A DNA stretch of 29,702 nt from an uncultured Muribaculaceae bacterium. Its GTDB lineage: Bacteria; Bacillota_I; Bacilli_A; RF39; UBA660. Below the pieces are notes generated by a model. That model was given only the letters and a program-made list of their open reading frames with translations, did no database searches and was not told the origin of the DNA. Positions within the stretch are counted from its first letter, which is position 1, and each line of letters opens with the position of its first letter. Below, piece by piece: positions 1-10,622 of the stretch. The DNA lies in the NCBI GenBank assembly GCA_964537805.1, contig CAZIDI010000001.1, positions 1 to 29,702 on the forward strand, written 5' to 3'. The position numbers and the translations under genes are program-made.

Positions 1-24
1 TTAATTTTAAAAAACTCTTTTTAT

Positions 25-54
25 ATGATGTCTCCCATTTGGGGTTCACATCAT
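25..54. terminator. Hairpin downstream of the 71..364 ORF, possible terminator
   Basis: ATGATGT(25-31) pairs with ACATCAT(48-54) around a CCC/GGG inner stem; T-run follows on the + strand. Confidence 0.4.
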
Positions 55-70
55 TTTCGTAGTTCTTTTC

Positions 71-364
71 TTAACGACTTTTACAAGATGCTTTTTCGTA
101 GGCAAGTTCTGCCCACTTTTCTTCTGCTTTTCTTTTTAGCAAATCTTCTTGGATTTGCTTTGCAAGATATTTTTCAAAGGCAATTTTTCCTAATTGATTG
201 TATTCTTCTTTTGCATTTGTTCCATAAAAATAAGAATTTTTTATATTAGAAACTGCAAGTTCATTAGCATCAGCATCAAAAAAATAAATCACTGGAAATG
301 CTCCTAAATAAAGTAGGCGAACCACTTGATGGGTTCCTTCTCCACTATTTGTATATGGTTTCAT
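71..364 (-). CDS. Hypothetical protein, 97 aa
   Basis: GGAGG RBS 9 nt before ATG; own extended -10 TGATATAAT at 391-399; no family recognised. Confidence 0.75.
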   Translation of the reverse strand: MKPYTNSGEGTHQVVRLLYLGAFPVIYFFDADANELAVSNIKNSYFYGTNAKEEYNQLGKIAFEKYLAKQIQEDLLKRKAEEKWAELAYEKASCKSR

Positions 365-399
365 CCAACTAAACCTCCCTATTGATTCGTATTATATCA

Positions 400-1425
400 C
401 TATTTTATAAACATTGCATCTCCAAAGGAGAAAAAACGATATTCTTTTTTTACGGCTTCTTCATAGGCTTTTAAAATAAATTCTTTTTTTGAAAAAGCAC
501 TTACAAGCATTAAAAGCGTACTTTTGGGTAAATGGAAGTTGGTAATAAGTCCATCTATGGCTTTAAATTCATATCCTGGGTAAATAAAGATATCCGTTGA
601 TCCTTCACATTCTTTAAATTCACCATACTTTTGCATAATGGTTTCTAACATTCTTGTAGAAGTTGTCCCTACGGCAATTATTCTTCGCTTTTCTTTTTTG
701 GCTAGATTTAAAATGCTAGCAGTTTCTTTATCCATTTTATAAAATTCACTATGCATTTTATGCATTTTTACATCACTCACTTCTACTGGGCGAAATGTCC
801 CTAATCCTACATGAAGAGTTACGTGAGCAATAGCAATTCCCTTTTCTTTTATTTTTTTAAGTAAATCTTCCGTAAAATGAAGGCCTGCTGTAGGGGCTGC
901 TGCACTACCTATATTTTTAGCATATACTGTTTGATAGCGGTCTTTTTCTTGTAATTTTTCGTGGATATATGGAGGAAGTGGCATCTCTCCTAATTGATCT
1001 AGTATTTCTAAAAATATGCCATCATAAGTAAATTTTACTTTTAACATACCCTCTTCTTTTTTTTCAATTACTTCGGCGATAAGGATGGAATCTCCAAAAG
1101 AAATTTTTGTCCCCACGTGTAAACGTTTAAAAGGCCTTGATAAGCATTCCCAAGAATCATTTCCTACTTCTTTTAATAATAAAAGTTCAATGGTAGCATT
1201 TGTTTCTTCTTTAGTACCAATGAGTCTTGCAGGAATAACTTTAGTATCATTGATTACTAAGACATCCCCTTTATGTAAATAGTTTAAAATATCTGTAAAC
1301 TGTCTATGTTCTAAGGTACCTGTTTTTCTGTCCATAACAAGCATACGAGAAGAACTTCTATCTTGCAAAGGAGTTTGAGCAATTAATTTTTCTGGTAAAT
1401 TATAGTCAAATTCGCTTGTTTTCAA
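400..1425 (-). CDS. queA: S-adenosylmethionine:tRNA ribosyltransferase-isomerase QueA
   Basis: Motifs [77 protein letters not shown]. Start probably TTG at 1425 (or GTG 1434), not 1479. Confidence 0.97.
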   Translation of the reverse strand: MKTSEFDYNLPEKLIAQTPLQDRSSSRMLVMDRKTGTLEHRQFTDILNYLHKGDVLVINDTKVIPARLIGTKEETNATIELLLLKEVGNDSWECLSRPFKRLHVGTKISFGDSILIAEVIEKKEEGMLKVKFTYDGIFLEILDQLGEMPLPPYIHEKLQEKDRYQTVYAKNIGSAAAPTAGLHFTEDLLKKIKEKGIAIAHVTLHVGLGTFRPVEVSDVKMHKMHSEFYKMDKETASILNLAKKEKRRIIAVGTTSTRMLETIMQKYGEFKECEGSTDIFIYPGYEFKAIDGLITNFHLPKSTLLMLVSAFSKKEFILKAYEEAVKKEYRFFSFGDAMFIK

Positions 1426-2197
1426 TGTTTTCACTTCTTTCTTTATTATAGAATTTAAAAGACCAATCAATAGTTTCAACAGAACTTTCTAAAGTTTGGT
1501 CCGCAATAAGATTATCAGAATCTAATCCTTCTAGGTCTTTTATTAATTCTTTTTGGATATTAGATATATTATCGCTTCGATAAACTAATGAAAAAGTTTT
1601 GCCATCTAAATCTAAAGCATCAAAACGCAATAATGGAAAATACCGCATTAAAATTTCTCCAGAATCAATTTTTTCTAAATCTAATTGAGCAATTCTTTCG
1701 CATAGTTCTTTGTCTTTAATCATTGCTAAATTTAAAAGCTGTTTTCCAAGTTCACGATGTCCTCCAACATTTGGGACTAATTCTATTAAATTAGGAGTAA
1801 TAAAACAAGTGTAAAAATTTGTTTTTTGATCAAATGGTTTTATTTGTAAGTCATTATCACTAGAAAATCCAATTTCATTCTGATTGTATTTATGAAAAGT
1901 ATATCCATCTAATAGTTCACTATAACGCTTTAACGTATACCTATGGTTTTCATAATTTCCACATAGGATATAATCTTTTTTTAACCAAGGATTTAGTAAA
2001 GAATATCCTAGTTCACCAATAACAAAGTCAAAATAAGGTTCAAAAAATGTATACTGATTTGCAAAATCTAAAAAGAATTTTTGATTATCTGTGCTTTCAC
2101 TGCAAAAAATTTCTGTTATTTTCTTACATGATTCTTCTATTTCATAATAAGGACAATTTATTATTGAGCCATCATCTTTTATTAAGCCTGAATCCAT
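1406..2197 (-). CDS. Hypothetical protein, 263 aa
   Basis: Long open frame, AGGTG RBS, 3' end overlaps the queA start; no family recognised. Confidence 0.8.
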   Translation of the reverse strand: MDSGLIKDDGSIINCPYYEIEESCKKITEIFCSESTDNQKFFLDFANQYTFFEPYFDFVIGELGYSLLNPWLKKDYILCGNYENHRYTLKRYSELLDGYTFHKYNQNEIGFSSDNDLQIKPFDQKTNFYTCFITPNLIELVPNVGGHRELGKQLLNLAMIKDKELCERIAQLDLEKIDSGEILMRYFPLLRFDALDLDGKTFSLVYRSDNISNIQKELIKDLEGLDSDNLIADQTLESSVETIDWSFKFYNKERSENIENKRI

Positions 2198-2233
2198 TTT
2201 ATCACCTACTAATTCCTTTAGAGTTTCCTTTTC

Positions 2234-2739
2234 TTAAATATTAAATATTTTGTCTAATTTTAAATAGACTTTTTCAAAATCATCCATTGAAAGTGGAATG
2301 ACTTTAATTTTCGTTTCTTTAAGTTCTTCACCCATTTTTAAATACATATTTTGTTGATTTATACTATTTTCTATACTAAAGGCTTGGTAGTTATGATGAC
2401 TTTCTCTGGCTAGTCTTTCTTTAAAAATAGAAGTGTCTTCTAAATACAATATAACCAGATAAATATCATAATTTAAATCTTCTAATTTATGTACTAAACT
2501 TTGATACACATCAGAAAATTCATATTCTTTATAGCCTAGTCTTGCATATACTTCCTCCGTAAAGAAAGTTCTATCAAAAATCAAATCCATTGAAGCCTCT
2601 TCCATTTTCTCTAAATATTCAAGATTTGCCCAGATAATCGATACAAATTAGAACTTGCAATATTATCTCTCAAATAATTGGTTAAAGTTGTTTTCCCTGT
2701 TCCTTGAGGGTCTTCTACAATAATCATTCTATTTTGCAT
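2234..2739 (-). pseudogene. Disrupted P-loop nucleoside/nucleotide kinase-like gene (thymidylate/deoxynucleoside kinase fold)
   Basis: AAGGAG RBS then MQNRMIIVEDPQGTGKTTLTNYLR...SGQILNI* (2739-2611, Walker A-like). The rest (LEYLEKMEEASMDLIFDRTFFTEEVYARLGY..., kinase DR motif) is in another frame (ORF 2234..2605). Confidence 0.75.
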
Positions 2740-2753
2740 TTCTATTCTACTCC

Positions 2754-3758
2754 TTAAAACATTGATTCATTATGATTAATCTTTAAATGGTCATAGGCTT
2801 TTTCTGTTGCCACACGTCCACGTTGTGTTCTTTTTATAAATCCCTCTTGTAGTAAGAAAGGCTCTACAACATCTTCAATAGTTGATACTTCTTCTCCAAT
2901 GGAAGTAGCAATAGTTTCTACTCCAACTGGACCGCCATTAAATTTTGTAATTAAACTCGTTAAATATTCAATATCTATAGCATCTAAACCATATTGGTCC
3001 ACTTTTAAACGCTCTAAAGATTTTAAAGTCATTTCTTTAGTAATAGAAGCATCCCCTTCTACTAGAACAAAATCACGTACTCTTCTAAATAAACGATTGG
3101 CAATACGAGGAGTCTTTCTACATCTTCCACTTAATTCTCTTGCTGCTTCTTCTTCAATTGGCATATCTAAAACACGACTTGTTCTTTTAATAATGCTTTC
3201 TAGTTCTTCTTGCTTATAATACTCTAATTTTGAAATAATTCCAAAACGGTCTCTTAAAGGGGAAGAAATATCTCCGGCACGCGTCGTTGCTCCTACTAAA
3301 GTAAAGGGCGGTAAATCAATTTTAATATTTCTTGATTTTCCAGTTTCTCCAATAACCAAATCAATCTCAAAATCTTCCATCGCTGGGTATAAAACTTCTT
3401 CAATAAATTTGGGCATACGATGAATTTCATCGATAAATAAAACATCTCCAGGCTCTAATGTAGACAAAATAGCTGCTAAGTCCCCCGTTTTTTCAATAGA
3501 GGGACCACTCGCTGTTTTAATATTCGTTCCAAGTTCATTGGCAATAATATGAGCAAGGGTTGTTTTCCCAAGTCCCGGAGGACCATATAAAAGCACATGG
3601 TCAAGTGGCTCTTCTCGCATAAGGGCTGCTTTAATAAATACTCTTAAGTTTTCTTTAATTTCTGTTTGACCTACATATTCATTTAAACTTTGCGGGCGAA
3701 TATTTTTTTCAAATACATCTTCTTGTTTTTCTTCCGCATCTACAATTCTATCTTCCAT
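2754..3758 (-). CDS. ruvB: Holliday junction branch migration helicase RuvB
   Basis: [12 protein letters not shown], Walker [37 protein letters not shown]. Confidence 0.98.
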   Translation of the reverse strand: MEDRIVDAEEKQEDVFEKNIRPQSLNEYVGQTEIKENLRVFIKAALMREEPLDHVLLYGPPGLGKTTLAHIIANELGTNIKTASGPSIEKTGDLAAILSTLEPGDVLFIDEIHRMPKFIEEVLYPAMEDFEIDLVIGETGKSRNIKIDLPPFTLVGATTRAGDISSPLRDRFGIISKLEYYKQEELESIIKRTSRVLDMPIEEEAARELSGRCRKTPRIANRLFRRVRDFVLVEGDASITKEMTLKSLERLKVDQYGLDAIDIEYLTSLITKFNGGPVGVETIATSIGEEVSTIEDVVEPFLLQEGFIKRTQRGRVATEKAYDHLKINHNESMF

Positions 3759-3770
3759 ACTGGCTCCTTT

Positions 3771-4322
3771 CTATTTTAATAATAATTTTAAGGCTTCTTT
3801 TATTTGTTCTTCTACTTTTAAAGAAGGATCTACTTTTGGTAAAATTTTTTTAATATCACTCGATTTATATCCTAAACTTTCTAAGGCTTCTACTACTTCT
3901 TCTAAGCCAACTGTCGGGATATCTTCTTTTTTTACTAGTTTTCCTTTTAAATCCAAGATAATCTGGCGGGCTACTTTTTCTCCCACTTTAGGGAATTTTG
4001 TTAAATAAAGAATATTTTCTCTATCAATAGCATCCACAATTCCCGTAACACTTCCTAAAGAAAACATCGGCAAAGCAAGTTTGGGACCTACTCCTTTTAC
4101 ACTAATGAGTCTTAAAAACAGTTCTTTTTCTTCTAATGTATTAAAGCCATATAAAGAAAATTCATCTTCTTTAATGTAAGTATAAATAAAAACTTTTCTC
4201 TCTTCGTCTATTGGAAAACTAAAAGGATTCGCAACAAAAATTTGATACCCAATGCCATTGTTTTCAAGTGTAATATAATTTTTTTCGGTTTCACGAACCG
4301 TTCCTATGATAAAACTAAACAT
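3771..4322 (-). CDS. ruvA: Holliday junction branch migration protein RuvA
   Basis: NGIGYQI, LYGF, HhH LISVKGVGPKLA, PKVGEKVARQIILDLK, EALESLGY; directly upstream of ruvB. Confidence 0.96.
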   Translation of the reverse strand: MFSFIIGTVRETEKNYITLENNGIGYQIFVANPFSFPIDEERKVFIYTYIKEDEFSLYGFNTLEEKELFLRLISVKGVGPKLALPMFSLGSVTGIVDAIDRENILYLTKFPKVGEKVARQIILDLKGKLVKKEDIPTVGLEEVVEALESLGYKSSDIKKILPKVDPSLKVEEQIKEALKLLLK

Positions 4323-4340
4323 CATAACCACCTTAAGAAT

Positions 4341-4369
4341 ATTTTAGCATACAATTGTACTGATGCCAA
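4341..4369 (-). promoter_or_regulatory. SigA-type promoter of ruvAB
   Basis: TTGGCA-17 nt-TAAAAT with TGn extension. Confidence 0.65.
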
Positions 4370-4379
4370 GAAAAAAGCC

Positions 4380-7300
4380 CTACCTTTTTAAGCAAGACTT
4401 TTGTAAGGTTAAGCTTAACTCATCTTCAAATCTTCTTTTTCCATTAAAATTTAAAAATTGTTGTTCAATTATTTTGTTTATCTCTTCTATTTTTAATAAT
4501 GGATATTTTGCTTTCATTTTAGCTTTATATCTTTGCTGTATATAGCCAAGTAATATTATTGAGTTCTCACTTCTTGGATTGTTTCTATAAGAATTACTTA
4601 AAATTAGTAATAATTGATTATCAATGGTATTAAAATAGATTTCTTCTGCTGTATTTATATCTATAACAGTCTTATCAATAATACTAGTAATTTGCTCTAA
4701 TGGAATCAACGAATTATAAACTATAGCCATTTTTTTAAAAAGAGTGGCTTTCATTAATTCTAATTTTTCTTTACGTAGTTCTAATTTCTTTTTTTCTTGT
4801 TTTAAGGCAGTACGCTCTAAGTCCATTTTCTTTTTACGTTCTAATTCTATGTTTTGTTCCTGTTTAATTTTTTTAACATTTTCTTTCAAATGATACATAG
4901 CATCAATTTCTATTTTTTTATAATAAGTTAATGGTTTATTATTTGGAAAAAGTTTGAATTCTACTAAACTTTCTCCTCTTCTTAAATGTATAATTTTTTG
5001 TTCTTCTATAGGTAACATAGAAATTGCTTGTTTTGCAATTTTCATAGTACAATCTAATTTATCTAAGAATTCACATTTTACCTCAGCAACAACTTCATTT
5101 TCCTCTTTTGAAATCTCGTTTTTCTTCGGTGCTTTTTCACGAGAAACACTGGTAATAATTCTTTGTTTCTTTTTAGCAAGTACTTGTTCTAGTTGTTCTT
5201 CGCTTTGGTTCCAGTCATACCAACAAGTTGGATCTTCTTCTAATTTTTGTTTTCCACTTTTTATTCGAAGAGAAGCTGAACCCATTGTTATTTCTAATAT
5301 TTTAGCAACTTCTTTTATTGCTTTTGGGTTTCCATCCTTTAAGCCAAAACGTAATTCGATCGCTTCATACTCTTTTGCTGTTAATCGATTATTTGCAGAG
5401 GGGCCTCTTTTAAAGGTAATACCACCTAATATTTTTTCAAGTTGTTCTTCACTTTGATTCCACTCATACCAACAAGTTGAATCTTCTTCTAATTTTTGTT
5501 TTCCACTTTTTATTCGAAGAGAAGCTGAACCCATTGTTATTTCTAATATTTTAGCAACTTCTTTTATTGCTTTTGGGTTTCCATCCTTTAAGCCAAAACG
5601 TAATTCCAATACACGATATTCTCTTTCTGTTAATTTTACTTTTTTAGGACAATTGTTTTTAATATTTTTCATCCTTGACTTTTCTTTTTCTTCAATTTTA
5701 GAAGTTGAAATATCGCTGGTATTTGATTTTGAAGTCAAAGATGGTGTTGTAGTTTCTTTTTTCATAGACCTTTTTACTATAACTTTAGGTTTAGCTGAAA
5801 TTTTCTCTTTTTTCTCTATACTTTGTTCCATTTTAACATTATTATTAGAAGATAAAGCTTCAGAATTAAAATTTTTTTCTTCTTTTGAAGAGTTTATTTT
5901 TAATTGTGCATTTTTTTGAACTGTAGATTCAGGAGTTTTTGGAATCAAAGATGGTATGGAAGTTCCTTTTGCTATAGTTTTTTTCATTATAATTTTAGGT
6001 TTAACTGTACTTTCCTCTTTTTTCTCTATTTTCCAAGATTGTGCTTGAGGTACAAAACTCATACTTTTTGTCCCTGTTGTCGCTTTTAATGTGGATGGTT
6101 TTGATTTTCCACCGCCTGGGAAATAATAATCTTTTATTTTACTTACACTCCTTGAATTTCTTAATTTTCGTAAGGCTTTCACCTCAATTTGACGAATTCG
6201 CTCACGCGTAACTCCAAATTCTTTTCCTACTTGTTCTAGAGTTCTTACTCGTCCATCTTCAAGGCCAAAACGCAAACTTAATACTTTTTGTTCTCTTTCC
6301 GTTAAATCGGACATTATAGATTTCAAGTCTTCCTTTAACTTTTCAGATATAATAAAATTCTCTGGTAATAAAACATTTTCATCTGCTACAAAATCCCCTA
6401 ATAAAGCATCTTCATCGTCTCCAACAGGTGTTTCTAATGAAACCGGGTCTTGGGCAATTTTTAATATTTCTAAAACATCATCTTCTGAAATACCCATTTC
6501 ATCGCCGATTTCTTTAGGAGTTGGTTCACGACCTAATTCTACCATAAATTGTCTTTGAATTCTTGCTAATTTATTAATTCTTTCTACCATATGTACAGGA
6601 ACACGAATTGTCTTTGCTTGGTCGGCTATAGCGCGAGTAATCGCTTGGCGGATCCACCAAGTCGCATAAGTAGAAAACTTAAATCCTTTTTTATAATCAA
6701 ACTTTTCTACGGCTTTCATTAGCCCTAAATTTCCTTCTTGAATTAAATCTAAAAAAAGCATTCCTCTTCCTAAATATTTTTTAGCAATACTAACGACTAA
6801 ACGCAAATTGGCTTCTTGAAAATGTTCCTTAGCTTCTAAGTCTCCTTCTTCCATTTTCTTAGCAAGTTCTTTTTCCTCTTCAGCAGAAAGCATCGGAATT
6901 TTCCCTATTTCTTTTAAATACATACGAACTGCATCAGATACGCCACTACTTTCTAGTTCTTTTCCTAAATCTTGGAAATCTTCCTCATTCAATTCTTCTT
7001 CATATAATTCTTCACCCTCTAAAGAATCCAAATTCATACCCAAGCCATTTTGTGCACGATAGGCATCACATAAACTTTGAAAAGTTATGCTTCCTTGATG
7101 TATTTTTTCAAAATCTTTTTCGTTTCCTTCACAATCCTTACAAAATTTTACAAACAAATTATAAAAAATGGGTTGTTTTAAAAGAATATCAATTTCATCT
7201 TCACTAAAAGAATAATCAATGGTATCTAATAAATGAAACACGGGTTTCACTTTCTCTGCTAATTTTTTATAAGGACTATTGACATTTATATTTAACATTT

Positions 7301-7487
7301 TGATATAGTTAAGAATACCATCTATATCCATATGTTCTTTAGCATAGGCCATCATTGCTATATGAAAGGCACGATTTACATCCTTTTCTTGACTTGCTCG
7401 ATTATAAAGAATTAAAAACTCTTCCTCCGAGATATCGATATATTTATATTTATTTTTTAAACTACTTTGGTTACTATCTAATGCCAT
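4380..7487 (-). CDS. rpoD: RpoD/SigA-family sigma factor (~1035 aa) with atypical N-terminus and ~580-aa C-terminal extension; probably a paralog, not the housekeeping copy
   Basis: Region 1.2 [11 protein letters not shown], region 2 [49 protein letters not shown], region 3 GREPT/SLETPVG, region 4 [28 protein letters not shown]. Start at 7487 (AAGGTGG RBS). No adjacent dnaG. Confidence 0.9.
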   Translation of the reverse strand: MALDSNQSSLKNKYKYIDISEEEFLILYNRASQEKDVNRAFHIAMMAYAKEHMDIDGILNYIKMLNINVNSPYKKLAEKVKPVFHLLDTIDYSFSEDEIDILLKQPIFYNLFVKFCKDCEGNEKDFEKIHQGSITFQSLCDAYRAQNGLGMNLDSLEGEELYEEELNEEDFQDLGKELESSGVSDAVRMYLKEIGKIPMLSAEEEKELAKKMEEGDLEAKEHFQEANLRLVVSIAKKYLGRGMLFLDLIQEGNLGLMKAVEKFDYKKGFKFSTYATWWIRQAITRAIADQAKTIRVPVHMVERINKLARIQRQFMVELGREPTPKEIGDEMGISEDDVLEILKIAQDPVSLETPVGDDEDALLGDFVADENVLLPENFIISEKLKEDLKSIMSDLTEREQKVLSLRFGLEDGRVRTLEQVGKEFGVTRERIRQIEVKALRKLRNSRSVSKIKDYYFPGGGKSKPSTLKATTGTKSMSFVPQAQSWKIEKKEESTVKPKIIMKKTIAKGTSIPSLIPKTPESTVQKNAQLKINSSKEEKNFNSEALSSNNNVKMEQSIEKKEKISAKPKVIVKRSMKKETTTPSLTSKSNTSDISTSKIEEKEKSRMKNIKNNCPKKVKLTEREYRVLELRFGLKDGNPKAIKEVAKILEITMGSASLRIKSGKQKLEEDSTCWYEWNQSEEQLEKILGGITFKRGPSANNRLTAKEYEAIELRFGLKDGNPKAIKEVAKILEITMGSASLRIKSGKQKLEEDPTCWYDWNQSEEQLEQVLAKKKQRIITSVSREKAPKKNEISKEENEVVAEVKCEFLDKLDCTMKIAKQAISMLPIEEQKIIHLRRGESLVEFKLFPNNKPLTYYKKIEIDAMYHLKENVKKIKQEQNIELERKKKMDLERTALKQEKKKLELRKEKLELMKATLFKKMAIVYNSLIPLEQITSIIDKTVIDINTAEEIYFNTIDNQLLLILSNSYRNNPRSENSIILLGYIQQRYKAKMKAKYPLLKIEEINKIIEQQFLNFNGKRRFEDELSLTLQKSCLKR
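5191..5606. repeat. Tandem coding duplication of a sigma region-4 HTH module (period 249 nt = 83 aa)
   Basis: 5191-5357 vs 5440-5606: 167 nt with 4 mismatches; 5232-5357 and 5481-5606 are identical over 126 nt. Confidence 0.97.
5735..6029. repeat. Older imperfect coding duplication in the K/S/T-rich linker of the sigma factor (period 210 nt = 70 aa)
   Basis: 5735-5819 vs 5945-6029; [31 protein letters not shown] vs [31 protein letters not shown]. Confidence 0.85.
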
Positions 7488-7506
7488 AAGCCCCACCTTA
7501 GGCTTT

Positions 7507-7535
7507 ATTATAATGAAAAAAAGATTTTTTGGCAA
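7507..7535 (-). promoter_or_regulatory. SigA-type promoter of the giant sigma gene
   Basis: TTGCCA(7535-7530)-17 nt-TATAAT(7512-7507). Confidence 0.75.
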
Positions 7536-7557
7536 GAAAAAACACCAAAAATGGTGC
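7536..7557 (-). terminator. Intrinsic terminator of the tad operon
   Basis: GCACCA-TTTT-TGGTGT followed by a T-run, directly after the tadC stop. Confidence 0.65.
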
Positions 7558-8261
7558 TAGCCTAGTAAAAAGTCTAATAATACAGGAGATAAGATAATTA
7601 GAATCATTATAGGAATGAAAAACAAAACAGAAATAATACTTATTTTTGTAGGAAGTTTATTGATTTCAGCTTTAATACTTAATAGTTTTTTGTCTCTTAA
7701 ATATTCTAGTTGATTATTTAATGTTTCGGTAATACTATTTCCAAAAATACTGGATTCTGTTAAATTTAAAATAATACTATTAATAGAATCACTTGGAATA
7801 CGTTCTTTCATGGAAACTAAACTTTCGGTAAAACTTTTCCCTACCTTTACTTCTGCCAAAGTTTTTTTAAATTCAGTCGAAAGTTCATTATCAATATTGT
7901 GTGTTGTAAGTTCTAATGCTCCTTTTAAATGCTTATTTGATTCTAAAGTTAAACTTAAAATTTCAAAGAAGAAAATGGCTTCATCTTCTAGTTTTTTACT
8001 GCGTTTTTTAATATGGACATCCAACACAATTTTTTCACTTAAAATGTAAAAGAATATTGTAACGATGGGAGCAACTATATAGCTGTGTTTTATAAAAAAC
8101 AAAAGACTAAAGAACAACAAAATAGAGAAAACAAAGCGAACATTTAAAAAAGTAAAGGCATTGATTTTTGTGTTTTCTCCTAGCAAAGCCACTTTTTTTT
8201 CGATTCTTTTTATTGTTTTTTCTAAATATATATGATAAGCAAACGATTCACTTTTTTTCAC
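7557..8261 (-). CDS. tadC: Tad pilus inner-membrane platform protein TadC (T2SS F family)
   Basis: T2SSF-like SLTLES..LKGAL, ELSTEFKKTLAEVKVGKSFTESL, FGNSITETLNNQLEYLR, C-terminal PIMILIILSP; follows tadB. Confidence 0.85.
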   Translation of the reverse strand: MKKSESFAYHIYLEKTIKRIEKKVALLGENTKINAFTFLNVRFVFSILLFFSLLFFIKHSYIVAPIVTIFFYILSEKIVLDVHIKKRSKKLEDEAIFFFEILSLTLESNKHLKGALELTTHNIDNELSTEFKKTLAEVKVGKSFTESLVSMKERIPSDSINSIILNLTESSIFGNSITETLNNQLEYLRDKKLLSIKAEINKLPTKISIISVLFFIPIMILIILSPVLLDFLLG

Positions 8262-9259
8262 GATAACTTCACCTTCAACACTTTCTTAATCACGACTATA
8301 TAAGCAACATATAATAGTAAAATGAGAAAAAGACAAATAAAACCAAGGACACTTTCAAATAAAGGATTGAAATACGTTGGGTTTAAGATCAAAATCAAAA
8401 GAGTAAATACAAGAGGAAGGAAAGTTAAAACACGAAATACAAAAATACTTGCAGAAGTTAAGCTTTTTAGTTCATCACTCATTTTTTTCTTATTAAAGAA
8501 AGATTTTTCAATACTGACAAACACACGGACAATATTTCCACCTGTTTTATTAAGAAGGGTTAAAGAAGAAGCAATGTATTTGGCATCCTCTAGCTTTACC
8601 CGTTCATAAAAACGCTCAAAAACAACTTCTAAACTTAATCCATACGTAATATCCATATAAATCTTTTTAAATTCATCTGCAATTGGTCCATCCAGTTCTT
8701 TTTTTACATTACTAATGGCTTGCATAATATTTTTTCCTGATTTAAAACTATTATTCATAATGATAATGGCTTTTAATAAATCCTCTTCAATTTCACGCTT
8801 TTTTCTTTTAAATGCAAGGGCTAATAAGACATCTAAAACGAAAAAGCCAAGAAGAAAAACAAGAAGAAGAGGCATTATATTTTGCATATTAAAATGAAAT
8901 AAAATGGTAATCAAGTACAATAAAGAGAAACCACACCCTAATAAAATTTTAATGGCAATATAATCCATACTTTCTTTTTTCTCTTTTTCTTCGTAAGAAA
9001 TGTATTTTTCATAATGTTTGGCATAATCACTAGCAACATGTGATTTTTTTAAAACTTTTGCCAGTTTCTTAATCCATTTTTCGATATGTATTCTTAAAGT
9101 ATCAAAAAAGGAAATCGCATACTCTTCTTTATTTTTTAAACTAAAGGGTATGAAACGGCGTTCTAATTTCATATCTTGTAATTCGTTTAAAAATAGGAAA
9201 AGTAAACCTAAAAGGGCTATTCCAAGAAAAATAAGACAAATCAGTATATAGATAGGCAT
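8258..9259 (-). CDS. tadB: Tad pilus inner-membrane platform protein TadB (T2SS F family)
   Basis: FKSGKNIMQAI, GPIADEFKKI...GLSLE, TGGNIVRVF, several TM helices; follows the ATPase. Confidence 0.88.
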   Translation of the reverse strand: MPIYILICLIFLGIALLGLLFLFLNELQDMKLERRFIPFSLKNKEEYAISFFDTLRIHIEKWIKKLAKVLKKSHVASDYAKHYEKYISYEEKEKKESMDYIAIKILLGCGFSLLYLITILFHFNMQNIMPLLLVFLLGFFVLDVLLALAFKRKKREIEEDLLKAIIIMNNSFKSGKNIMQAISNVKKELDGPIADEFKKIYMDITYGLSLEVVFERFYERVKLEDAKYIASSLTLLNKTGGNIVRVFVSIEKSFFNKKKMSDELKSLTSASIFVFRVLTFLPLVFTLLILILNPTYFNPLFESVLGFICLFLILLLYVAYIVVIKKVLKVKLS

Positions 9260-9281
9260 ATTCCGTTTCCTCCCTTCTGTA

Positions 9282-10622
9282 TTAATTCTTTGTTGAATTA
9301 CTAAAAATATCTTCTAAATCGTGAATGCCATGGGCAATTAATTTTTTATATACCTTTGGAATCGTTTTGTATAAAATAAATTCTCCATCTACACTTCCAG
9401 ATTCAGTAATTCCTTTTTGGTTAAATTTAAATATATCCTTTAATTTGATTCTATCTTCTATAAATCCTTCTATTTCAGAAATCGATGTAATTTTTCTTCT
9501 TCCATCACTCATACGTTCAATATTGACTACCAAATCAATCGCACTTGTAATATATTCACGAATCGCTTTAATTGGAATATCTAAGCCACTCATTAAAACC
9601 ATTGTTTCTAAACGGTTTAGGGCATCACTTGCCCCGTTTGCGTGAAGTGTTGTTAAAGACCCATCGTGACCTGTATTCATCGCTTGTAGCATATCAAATG
9701 CTTCTTTTCCACGAACTTCTCCGACAATAATACGATCAGGTCGCATACGAAGAGAATTTCTTACTAAATCACGAATCGTAATTTCTCCATTATGATCATA
9801 ATTGGTAACTCTTGTTTCTAGAGAAACGACATGTTCTTGGTGTAAATGCAGTTCAGCGGCATCTTCAATGGTAATAATTCTTTCTTGTGGCCCGATAAAA
9901 CCACTTAAAATATTTAATAGAGTTGTTTTTCCACTACCCGTTCCTCCACATACAATAATGTTTAACTTTCCTTTTACTGCTGCTTCTAAAAATCTTGCCA
10001 TATATGGAGTTAAAGACCCAATTCGAATTAAATCTTCAATACTTGTCATCGTTTCTTTAAATTTACGAATGGTAATCACGGGTCCTTTGGTAGAAAGTGG
10101 CGGAATGACAGCATTAATACGACTACCATCCATAAGTCTTGAATCTACCATAGGATTTGCAACATCAATCGTTCTTCCTAATGGTTCAACCAGTCTTTGA
10201 ATCGTTCTTATGATGTGTTCATCATTGATAAAGGAAATACTTTCATCTTTAATAATTTGCCCATCAATTTCAATATAAATTTCATTTGGGCTATTGACCA
10301 TAATTTCGGTTATATTTTTATCTTCCAAAACTTCTGTCAAAGGTCCATATCCATTAATTTCATTTTCAATTAAATTATATAAATGGCTTCTTTCTAAGTT
10401 TGATAAATCGTAGCCTTCAATTGCTATTTCTATTTCTTCATTAATAAATTCATTTAATGCTCGATCTTCTGGAATTTCTTTATCAATTAAATTTTCGACA
10501 ATAGTTGTTCTTAAATGATCTAACAATTTTTTATCTTGAAAAATTTCATAGTCCGATATGGAACTTATTTTAGGAGCTTTTCTTTCAATATTAAAAGCAT
10601 CCATTAAACTTGTTTTACTCAT
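9282..10622 (-). CDS. cpaF: Flp pilus assembly ATPase CpaF/TadA
   Basis: [34 protein letters not shown], Walker [48 protein letters not shown]. Confidence 0.96.
   Translation of the reverse strand: MSKTSLMDAFNIERKAPKISSISDYEIFQDKKLLDHLRTTIVENLIDKEIPEDRALNEFINEEIEIAIEGYDLSNLERSHLYNLIENEINGYGPLTEVLEDKNITEIMVNSPNEIYIEIDGQIIKDESISFINDEHIIRTIQRLVEPLGRTIDVANPMVDSRLMDGSRINAVIPPLSTKGPVITIRKFKETMTSIEDLIRIGSLTPYMARFLEAAVKGKLNIIVCGGTGSGKTTLLNILSGFIGPQERIITIEDAAELHLHQEHVVSLETRVTNYDHNGEITIRDLVRNSLRMRPDRIIVGEVRGKEAFDMLQAMNTGHDGSLTTLHANGASDALNRLETMVLMSGLDIPIKAIREYITSAIDLVVNIERMSDGRRKITSISEIEGFIEDRIKLKDIFKFNQKGITESGSVDGEFILYKTIPKVYKKLIAHGIHDLEDIFSNSTKN

Noticed and set aside
4350-4359. Palindrome TACAATTGTA in the ruvA promoter as an SOS box
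   Set aside because: Does not match the Firmicute LexA box CGAAC-N4-GTTCG; a 10-bp AT-rich palindrome is expected by chance.
5191-5606. Tandem repeat as a diversity-generating retroelement TR/VR pair
   Set aside because: Both copies are in-frame coding modules with only 4 mismatches, and no reverse transcriptase is in the window.
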